Shown in pieces: positions 56,826-64,000 of a DNA stretch of 64,000 bases (within the stretch, counting starts at the first letter, position 1; each line of letters starts with the position of its first letter). The stretch spans positions 64,001 through 128,000 of the forward strand of contig CAVXTM010000018.1 of the NCBI GenBank assembly GCA_963764725.1, read 5' to 3'. The stretch comes from an uncultured Gammaproteobacteria bacterium. Lineage in GTDB: Bacteria; Pseudomonadota; Gammaproteobacteria; JACCXJ01. The notes beneath the pieces are model-generated. The model was given only the letters and a program-made list of their open reading frames with translations. It did no database searches and was not told where the DNA came from. Made by a program: the position numbers and the translations under genes.

Positions 56826-58427
56826 TCAATAGCCGCGCGCTGTCAGGTACTGTTCGATATCTTCCCGTGCGAAGCCAAGCTTGCGCGCCACTCTGTCCGC
56901 GTGGCTGACCTTGGAAATCCCATCTACGAGGCGGTAGGTGGGCGCTTCGTGGTTAAAATCGACCTGCCGGTACAGTCCGATCCGATCCTTGCGAAAACGC
57001 TCGACCAGCTCGTGGTTATGGGTGATAAGAATCGTCGTATTCCCGATGCGCCGGAAGCCGTTCAAGATTGCATGCGAGATCGTGAGCTTTTCCTCGTAGG
57101 TCGTCCCCTCGGCCATCTCATCGAGGATCACGAGCGAGCGCGGCGTGGTGGCAAGGAAGATTTCCTTGGTGCGCTGTAATTCCGTCCCGAAGCGGCCTTC
57201 GAGATCGGCGAGCGAACCCGTTTCCGGCGCTTGATAATAGATGCGATCCGCGACCGCCATCTCGGCGTCCGCCGCCGGCACATAACACCCGATCTGCGCC
57301 AAGATCTGCACCTGGGCGAGGGTCTTGCAAAAGGCCGTCTTGCCGCCGCTGTTTGGACCCGTGACGAAACCCAAACGCGCCGCGCCGAGGTCGATATCGT
57401 TGGCGACGTAGGCCGGATTGCTCTTGGCCAAAACCGGATTTCTTACCTGCTTAAGGGCCAATCTATGGCGGCCCGCATCGAGGATCTGCGGCAATACCAT
57501 GGCGCTCCCGAAGCCGCTGGCATACTGATGGAACGCGAGCAACTCGTCGATCGCGCCCAAGGCAGCCAGGGTGTTTTGCGTCTCCTCGGACTCGCGGTAG
57601 CGATCTCGCAGCGGATAAATGAAGCTATCGCGATCGAAACTACCCACGGCCGGCACGTAAAACACGAGCAAGGGCAGCAGCGAAACCATGAGCACCGGAT
57701 TGGCCGGCGTCGCGATGTAAGCGGCTAGCCAGGGGTTAGTCAGCACGAAATACCCAAGAGCGGCCGCCCCCAGCAGCAGCGGTTTAAACAGCGACGGCCG
57801 AAAGCGGATTGCCGGTGAATAGCGGCGTTTCTCGCCGCCGAGCTTCAGCCCACGCTCCGTGAGGTACACCGGACCGCGCATCAACCTATGCGCGGCCGTT
57901 GCCTCGTAACCGCGGATCGCTTCCACCCGTGCCGCAAGGTAGGGGCTTTCGGGCGTCGGCAGATGCCGCGCGTCGCCGGTGAGTTCAAGCATAAAGCGCG
58001 TGCCGCGCTTATAGGCCGCGTAGCCATAGCCTTCGTACTCCATCTTGTTGGGTGTGGCGCCCAGAAACCCCGTGAAGCTACCGAAGAGTAACTCGTAAAA
58101 AGGCTGCTCGTGGACCGCGGCGGCTCGGACAAACTGCTGCAGCCGCTCTCGTAGCGCGGCGTTCGATGCGAGCTCGCGCAACGCCTCGTGTTTGGAACGG
58201 ATCGCCTCTGATGAGACCGAGGGGTAGGCTAGAGAATGATACAGGGTGGCCTGCCCGGCGCGGGTATGGCAGCCGTTGATGGCATCGAAGATCCGGTCCA
58301 CCTCTAAGATCCGGAAGCTTGCGGCATCGAGCACCCCCTGGCGGAAGCCGCTCAGCACGCGCACCGAGCTTGCGACATCGCGGTTCCGCGCGATCCTCGC
58401 GTAGAAATCTCTTACGGCTTCACTCAT
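56826..58427 (-). CDS. MutS-domain-V ATPase with TM helices
   Basis: TGPNSGGKT, LAQIG..VPA, LDE..EGT, ITH. Confidence 0.8.
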   Translation of the reverse strand: MSEAVRDFYARIARNRDVASSVRVLSGFRQGVLDAASFRILEVDRIFDAINGCHTRAGQATLYHSLAYPSVSSEAIRSKHEALRELASNAALRERLQQFVRAAAVHEQPFYELLFGSFTGFLGATPNKMEYEGYGYAAYKRGTRFMLELTGDARHLPTPESPYLAARVEAIRGYEATAAHRLMRGPVYLTERGLKLGGEKRRYSPAIRFRPSLFKPLLLGAAALGYFVLTNPWLAAYIATPANPVLMVSLLPLLVFYVPAVGSFDRDSFIYPLRDRYRESEETQNTLAALGAIDELLAFHQYASGFGSAMVLPQILDAGRHRLALKQVRNPVLAKSNPAYVANDIDLGAARLGFVTGPNSGGKTAFCKTLAQVQILAQIGCYVPAADAEMAVADRIYYQAPETGSLADLEGRFGTELQRTKEIFLATTPRSLVILDEMAEGTTYEEKLTISHAILNGFRRIGNTTILITHNHELVERFRKDRIGLYRQVDFNHEAPTYRLVDGISKVSHADRVARKLGFAREDIEQYLTARGY

Positions 58428-58607
58428 AGTCCGCCTCCGAGAGTCAATTTTAGATTTCGCCACCACGGGGTATGCAACCCGTGGGAAACCCCATCGCTAA
58501 GGTCCCCGCGGTGGGTATTGTATGCCAGCGGGTTAACTAAATCGAAAGGTACGCCCTCCCCATCAAACCATTGCAAAACTGCGTGAGATGAGAATAATAA
58601 CGCCGCC

Positions 58608-59570
58608 ATGAGCGCGGATATCCTCATCGACGTGCAGCACCTCTACCGCTACTACGGCGAGGTCTGCGCCGTCAATGACGTGAGCTTTTCGGTCCGCCGC
58701 GGCGAGGTGTTGGGTTTTCTGGGTCCCAATGGCGCGGGTAAAACCAGCACTATGCAAATGATCAGTGGAACCCTGGCTCCAAGCGCTGGCGGCATCACGG
58801 TCGGCGGTATCGACATCCTCGAATCACCCAAGGCGGCCAAAGCCAATCTCGGCTATCTTCCCGAGCATCCCCCCTTGTATCGGGACATGACCGTCGACGA
58901 ATATCTCCTTTATTGCGCGCGGCTGCATCGGATTCACCGCCATCAATGCGGCGCCGCGCTCGCCAAAACCAAGTCGCGCTGCGGCTTAGGGGACGCCGGA
59001 CAGCGGCTCATCGGCAACCTGTCGAAGGGCTATCAGCAACGCGTCGGAATCGCGCAGGCGATTCTGCATGCGCCCGCGGTGGTGATTCTCGATGAACCGA
59101 CGGTCGGGCTCGACCCCATCCAGATCCGGGAAATTCGGGATCTCATCGGCGAGCTGCGTGGCGATCACAGCGTCATCCTCTCGACCCATATCCTTCCCGA
59201 GGTGCAAGCCGTCTGCGACCGAGTGCTGATCATTCACCAAGGCCGCCTGGTGCTGGACGATTCCGTGGAGCGCCTGACGCGTCAACAGTCGGTGGCCGGG
59301 CTTCGCATTGCCCTGCGGCAACCGCCCGATGTAGCGCAACTGCAAGCCATTGCGGGCGTGGAACAGGTCGAGCGATTGGACTCCAACCGCTTTGTTCTGC
59401 GCCATCCGCCGGATCGCAATCCCACGGATGGCGTGGTCGATCTCGCGGTGCAGCGGCGCTGGGGCTTATTCGAGCTTGTTCCAGAAACCCGTTCGCTGGA
59501 AGAGACCTTCGTGCACCTGACCGCCGGTGAGAAGCTGACAGGAGTGGAGCAGCAGGAGGCGTCCCGGTGA
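58608..59570 (+). CDS. ABC ATP-binding protein (GldA-like)
   Basis: GPNGAGKT, LSKGYQQRVG, LDEPTVGLD. Confidence 0.9.
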   Translation: MSADILIDVQHLYRYYGEVCAVNDVSFSVRRGEVLGFLGPNGAGKTSTMQMISGTLAPSAGGITVGGIDILESPKAAKANLGYLPEHPPLYRDMTVDEYLLYCARLHRIHRHQCGAALAKTKSRCGLGDAGQRLIGNLSKGYQQRVGIAQAILHAPAVVILDEPTVGLDPIQIREIRDLIGELRGDHSVILSTHILPEVQAVCDRVLIIHQGRLVLDDSVERLTRQQSVAGLRIALRQPPDVAQLQAIAGVEQVERLDSNRFVLRHPPDRNPTDGVVDLAVQRRWGLFELVPETRSLEETFVHLTAGEKLTGVEQQEASR

Positions 59571-60316
59571 TCGCCGTCATCGCCGATCGCGAGTTCCGCG
59601 CACTTTTCGGATCGCCTTTAGCATGGGCGATCCTGACCGTCGTCCAGGTGCTCCTAGCCTACATTTTTCTAACGCGCATCCAGCTCTTCGGGGAATTTCA
59701 GCCGCGTCTTTTGGGCTTGGAACGCTCTCCGGGACTGACCGATATTGTCGTCGCCCCGCTCTTCGGCAGCGCCGGCATCGTGTTCCTCCTGGTGGCGCCC
59801 ATGCTCACCATGCGCATGATCGCCGAGGAACGGCGGAACGGGACCTTGCGGCTCCTCTACGCCGCCCCGGTCTCCATGCTTGAGATCGTGCTTGGGAAAT
59901 TCCTCGGACTCATGGCCTTTTTCCTGGTGACGCTGCTAATGATCGCCGCCATGCCGCTGTCGCTGCTTCTGGGCGGGGGCCTCGACCTCGGACAGTTCGC
60001 TGCAGGATTTTTGGGTCTTGGTTTGCTCGTAGCGGCGTTTGTCGCCGTGGGCCTGTTCCTGTCTTCCGTGACGGACCACCCCACCGTCGCAGGGATCTCC
60101 AGCTTCGGCGCGCTCTTGCTCCTTTGGATCATCGAGTGGCCCGGCGGATCCGCGGAGGGCACGGGCCTTTTTGCCTACTTATCCATGGCGCGTCACTTTC
60201 AATCCTTGCTCAAGGGGGTGTTCAATTCGGTGGACGTGTTTTACTACCTGCTACTGATCGCCGTGTTCCTGATTCTCACCATGTGGCGGCTCGACGCGGA
60301 CCGGCTGCAACACTAG
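59567..60316 (+). CDS. ABC permease (GldF-like)
   Basis: F.SPLAW, TMR..AEERR.GT, IVLGKF. Confidence 0.85.
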   Translation: MIAVIADREFRALFGSPLAWAILTVVQVLLAYIFLTRIQLFGEFQPRLLGLERSPGLTDIVVAPLFGSAGIVFLLVAPMLTMRMIAEERRNGTLRLLYAAPVSMLEIVLGKFLGLMAFFLVTLLMIAAMPLSLLLGGGLDLGQFAAGFLGLGLLVAAFVAVGLFLSSVTDHPTVAGISSFGALLLLWIIEWPGGSAEGTGLFAYLSMARHFQSLLKGVFNSVDVFYYLLLIAVFLILTMWRLDADRLQH

Positions 60317-60333
60317 AAACGAGACGTCTAAGG

Positions 60334-61734
60334 ATGTTGATCTCCGCCAAGACCCGCCGTCATCTCCGCATCAACAGTACGCTTTTCGCCGCGTTTCTTA
60401 TCGGGATAGCCGGCATGCTCGCGTGGCTCAGCACCCGCTATAGCATCACGGCCGATTGGACCAGCACCGGCCGCCATACCCTGTCGGAAGCGAGCGCGGC
60501 TCTGCTGAAGCGCTTGGATAAACCGGTGGAAATAACGGCCTATGCCCGCCCCGATCCCGCGCTCCGCGATCTGATCCAGGACCTCGTGGACCGTTACCGC
60601 CGCGTTCAGCCGAATATCGCGCTGCGCTTTGTGAACCCCGATACCGCGCCTGATGAGCTGCGCGAGCGCGGCATCCGTGTGGACGGAGAGCTCGTGGTCC
60701 GTTATGCCGGCCGTGGCGAACAGGTTCAGGAACATAGCGAAGAAGCGTTGAGCAACGCGTTGCAGCGGCTGCTGCGCACCGAGGAGCGTTGGATCGTGTT
60801 CCTCGAAGGCCACGGCGAGCGCAATGCCCAAGGCGATGCCAACCACGATCTATCGCAATGGGCGCAACGTTTGACGAGCCGGGGACTTAAGGTGCAAGGA
60901 CTCAACCTCGGCGCCAACGCGGTTATCCCTGACAACACCTCCGTGCTGGTGATCGCGAGCCCTCAGGTCCGGCTCCTGCCCGGCGAGGTCGATCTCGTCC
61001 TGCGCTACCTCGACAGGGGCGGTAATCTGCTCTGGCTGACCGAGCCCGGCTCGCTCCAGGGCCTCGAACGCCTCGCCGAGGCGCTCGGCCTGGTTCTCGA
61101 AGGCGGTACGATCGTGGACCCGGCGACGGCGCTTTTCGGCATCGATCATCCTGCCATGGCGCCGGTGACCAGCTACGGCCCCGAGATCCCCGTCGCGGGG
61201 TCGCGGTTTATCACGGTATTTCCCTACGCCCGCGCCATCAAGCTAAATCCCAAGGAGAGCTGGCGGGGCGCGCCCATTCTGAGCGTCGGATCACAAGCAT
61301 GGGCCGAGACAGGCAAACTCGAAGGCGAGATCGCTTACGATCCAGGGAAGGATCTGAAAGGGCCGCTCGATATCGGCGTGCGCCTGACTCGCGAGCGGCC
61401 GGCGCGGCAAAAAAGCGCGGGAGCACCACGCACCGCAACGGATAAGAACGCCAAAGAAACCGGCGAACAGCGCGTTATCGTGCTCGGCGATGGCGATTTT
61501 CTATCCAACAGTTATCTCGGGAACAGCGGCAACCTCGACCTGGGCCTCAGGATCATTAACTGGCTCGCGACAGATGATATTCTTGTCGATGTGCCCGCCC
61601 ACCGCAGCGTGGATACCAAGCTCGATCTTACCGATACCGAAAGCGCGATCATCGGCTTCGGATTCCTGTTCCTGTTGCCGGCCTTGCTCGGGGGCATCGG
61701 GTTCTATGTGTGGCTGCGGCGCCGGCGCGCATAA
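60334..61734 (+). CDS. GldG-family ABC auxiliary component
   Basis: D.T...HTLS, GHGE, GD.DFLSN, C-terminal TM helix + RRRR. Confidence 0.85.
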   Translation: MLISAKTRRHLRINSTLFAAFLIGIAGMLAWLSTRYSITADWTSTGRHTLSEASAALLKRLDKPVEITAYARPDPALRDLIQDLVDRYRRVQPNIALRFVNPDTAPDELRERGIRVDGELVVRYAGRGEQVQEHSEEALSNALQRLLRTEERWIVFLEGHGERNAQGDANHDLSQWAQRLTSRGLKVQGLNLGANAVIPDNTSVLVIASPQVRLLPGEVDLVLRYLDRGGNLLWLTEPGSLQGLERLAEALGLVLEGGTIVDPATALFGIDHPAMAPVTSYGPEIPVAGSRFITVFPYARAIKLNPKESWRGAPILSVGSQAWAETGKLEGEIAYDPGKDLKGPLDIGVRLTRERPARQKSAGAPRTATDKNAKETGEQRVIVLGDGDFLSNSYLGNSGNLDLGLRIINWLATDDILVDVPAHRSVDTKLDLTDTESAIIGFGFLFLLPALLGGIGFYVWLRRRRA

Positions 61735-61742
61735 ACCGTGCG

Positions 61743-62660
61743 ATGAGTGTTATAGGTGCGCGGCTGCGCCTCAATGCCATCCTGCTGGCGGTACTCTCAG
61801 TGCTTGTGTTGGTCGCCATCTCGGAACCGGGCAAGCAAGAGGAAGCGCCCCGGCCGAAGATCAGCTCCATCGCGCCGCAAAGCGTGAACAGCATCCGCAT
61901 CACCCGTCCCGGCGGTGAAAACATTGAACTTCACAAAGAAAGCGGGCACTGGTTGTTGAAACAACCCTTCTCGGTGCGCGCCAATGAACTGCGGGTCCAG
62001 GCACTACTCGACTTTTTAGCAGGCGAGACTCGAGACGCGTTCCCGGCCAAGGATCACGATCTCAAGCGCTTCGGCCTCGCAGAACCAGCGCTACAGTTGC
62101 GATTCGACGACTTGCTCTTTACCTTCGGAGACGCGAATCCCTTGAGCGGTCAGCGCTACGTGCTTCACGAGGATACGATTCACCTCACCGCCGACACGAT
62201 CTACCCGGCCCTTACGGGCTCGGCGGAGGATCTCGCGACTCCGCGTCTCCTCGACGAGGGAACCGAGCCGGTCAAATTGACCTTGCCGAAATATGTGCTT
62301 TCACGCAACCCCAAGGGCCTCTGGAAATTATCGTCGCCCGACCCGCAGATAAGCTCCGCCGCGCTGCAAGAGCTGGTGGATGAGTGGCGGTATGCACAGG
62401 CTCCCACCGTTCGCCGGAAGCAGGAAAGAACATCGCAAGGGACAATAAGGATCGAATTTCAGGCAGGGCCACCCGTCCAATTTGAGATCCTTGCGAAAAG
62501 CCCTGAATTAATTTTGGCGCGTTCCGATCTCGAGTTGGAGTACGCAATGCCCGCCGAGACGGGTAAGCGTCTGCTCGAACCTAAAATGGCTAACAAGCCA
62601 CCAGCGGCGGCGAAGAGTACGCCCGCCTCGCCCGAAAAGCCGATAACCCCCCGGCGATAG
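61743..62660 (+). CDS. DUF4340-like membrane-anchored protein
   Basis: N-terminal TM helix, FGL.EP, FGD.NP; last gene of the gldAFG-like operon. Confidence 0.7.
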   Translation: MSVIGARLRLNAILLAVLSVLVLVAISEPGKQEEAPRPKISSIAPQSVNSIRITRPGGENIELHKESGHWLLKQPFSVRANELRVQALLDFLAGETRDAFPAKDHDLKRFGLAEPALQLRFDDLLFTFGDANPLSGQRYVLHEDTIHLTADTIYPALTGSAEDLATPRLLDEGTEPVKLTLPKYVLSRNPKGLWKLSSPDPQISSAALQELVDEWRYAQAPTVRRKQERTSQGTIRIEFQAGPPVQFEILAKSPELILARSDLELEYAMPAETGKRLLEPKMANKPPAAAKSTPASPEKPITPRR

Positions 62661-62705
62661 CGGTGTCGCAGTGCGTGCGCGGCCAAGCTATAGGACCGGA
62701 TCCGC

Positions 62706-63239
62706 TTAAGCCGCTGCTTGACCCAAATGATCGGCGAGGACCATGCGATCGCGGCCTTCCCGCTTTGCCTGAGAAAGCGCGTGCTCCGCAAGCTGCAGCA
62801 ATTCGTTCGGCTTCGAATCTATCTCGGGGACGCGGGTAGCGAGGCCGAGGCTTACGGTCACGTGGGGCGCGACAGTCGAATGGGCATGGGGTATGTCGAG
62901 CTGCGCTATCGCGGCGCGGATCGACTCCGCGAGGCTTATCGCGCCCATCTGGTCGATCTCGGGAAAAATCAACGCGAACTCCGTTTCCCCGAAACGTGCG
63001 ACTAGATCACCGGCGCGCTTGCCCACGGTGTAGAGCTTCTGGGCTACACGACGCAGGCACTCGTCGCCGGCTGCGGCTCCGTATTCGACGCTGAAGCTGT
63101 TAAAACTGTCAACAGCGACCAAAACCAAGGAGACGGGTCTTCCGCTACGCTTGGCGCGTTGCCATTCTACCGGTAACACCTCGTCGAATTTGCAGCGGTC
63201 GGCGATCGCGATACCCGTCAAACTGTCAATCTGCATCAT
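62706..63239 (-). CDS. Stand-alone degenerate GGDEF protein
   Basis: GDECL, RAGD I-site, RFGETEF, VTVSLG. Confidence 0.8.
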   Translation of the reverse strand: MMQIDSLTGIAIADRCKFDEVLPVEWQRAKRSGRPVSLVLVAVDSFNSFSVEYGAAAGDECLRRVAQKLYTVGKRAGDLVARFGETEFALIFPEIDQMGAISLAESIRAAIAQLDIPHAHSTVAPHVTVSLGLATRVPEIDSKPNELLQLAEHALSQAKREGRDRMVLADHLGQAAA

Positions 63240-63494
63240 AGCGTTATCCTACAAAGCGTTGCGGAGCCCTTGACCAGCGCAACGATGGCAACCAAGATGT
63301 TCGTGGACTCGACTCCGTTCCGTGTTACACGTTGCGATATCGTAGTTCTAATAGACGAAAGCAATCCTTATACCTAGGCCAAGGGAACCTCGAGCCCGCG
63401 ATACAAGGGGGGAGCCTGCTTTACGTCATCATGCCGGCCACGCACGGGATAGCGCGTTAGCGTAGAATCCACACGAAATCCTCGCGCTGAATCC

Positions 63495-64000
63495 ATGCCC
63501 GAGCTCCCGGAAGTCGAAACCACGTTGCGCGGGATCACACCGTATCTTCTCGGCAACACCGTGGCCGCCGTGCGGGTGCGGGACGGGCGTTTGCGCTGGC
63601 CCGTCGCGCCGGAACTGCGGCGTGAGCTGCCCGGCCGATCGGTGGCCGGGGTGCGGCGGCGCGGCAAGTATCTTCTCATCAGTTTTGAGCATGGGCATGT
63701 CATCCTTCACCTAGGCATGTCGGGCAGCTTGCGGATACTCCCCAGCGATACGCCACCGGAGAAACATGATCACGTCGATCTTGTATTAATTAACGCGCTT
63801 TGTTTGCGGCTGCGCGATCCGCGTCGCTTCGGCGCCGTACTCTGGACCCGCGAACCGGCGTTAACCCATCCGCTGCTGGCAAATTTGGGACCGGAGCCCT
63901 GGGATGTCCACGGTGATTATCTCCATCAACGGGCGCAAGGACGGCGGCAAGCGGTTAAATCCTTTATCATGAACAGTAAAACGCTGGTAGGCGTGGGGAA
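63495..64000 (+). CDS. mutM: Formamidopyrimidine-DNA glycosylase (runs off window end)
   Basis: Translated manually: MPELPEVET, RRGKYL, HLGMSG, DPRRFG, LGPEP. Confidence 0.95.
   Translation, partial: MPELPEVETTLRGITPYLLGNTVAAVRVRDGRLRWPVAPELRRELPGRSVAGVRRRGKYLLISFEHGHVILHLGMSGSLRILPSDTPPEKHDHVDLVLINALCLRLRDPRRFGAVLWTREPALTHPLLANLGPEPWDVHGDYLHQRAQGRRQAVKSFIMNSKTLVGVG

Overview
GC-rich, probably gammaproteobacterial chromosome segment. Housekeeping blocks: glgC/glcD, rsmG-mnmG, ttcA, fhs, pyrG-kdsA-eno-ftsB-ispD-ispF, RND pump, heme A synthase, kup, purN, ispG, ssb, a HK/RR/GGDEF-EAL cluster, several ABC systems and mutM. Three accessory patches interrupt them. (1) At 24.7-26.6 kb, downstream of ispF, is a retron-like operon. 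It has a consensus sigma70 promoter, a boxA-like leader and a ~290-nt hairpin-rich ncRNA closed by an a1/a2-like inverted repeat. These are followed by a 75-aa ORF whose RBS can be masked by the ncRNA, an XRE-HTH gene, and a retron-type RT with a non-canonical FVND active site. A nested IS630-in-IS1595 lies upstream and a decayed vapBC lies downstream. (2) At 9.7-10.9 kb is an IS110 (IS621-like) element inserted in a REP-like repeat. All four bridge-RNA guide segments can be read from its non-coding end and match its own target and donor sites. A frameshifted TIR-TM-TPR gene lies next to it. (3) At 2.1-4.3 kb are pseudogenes and a vapBC pair. All calls come from reading motifs by eye; no database search or folding program was run.
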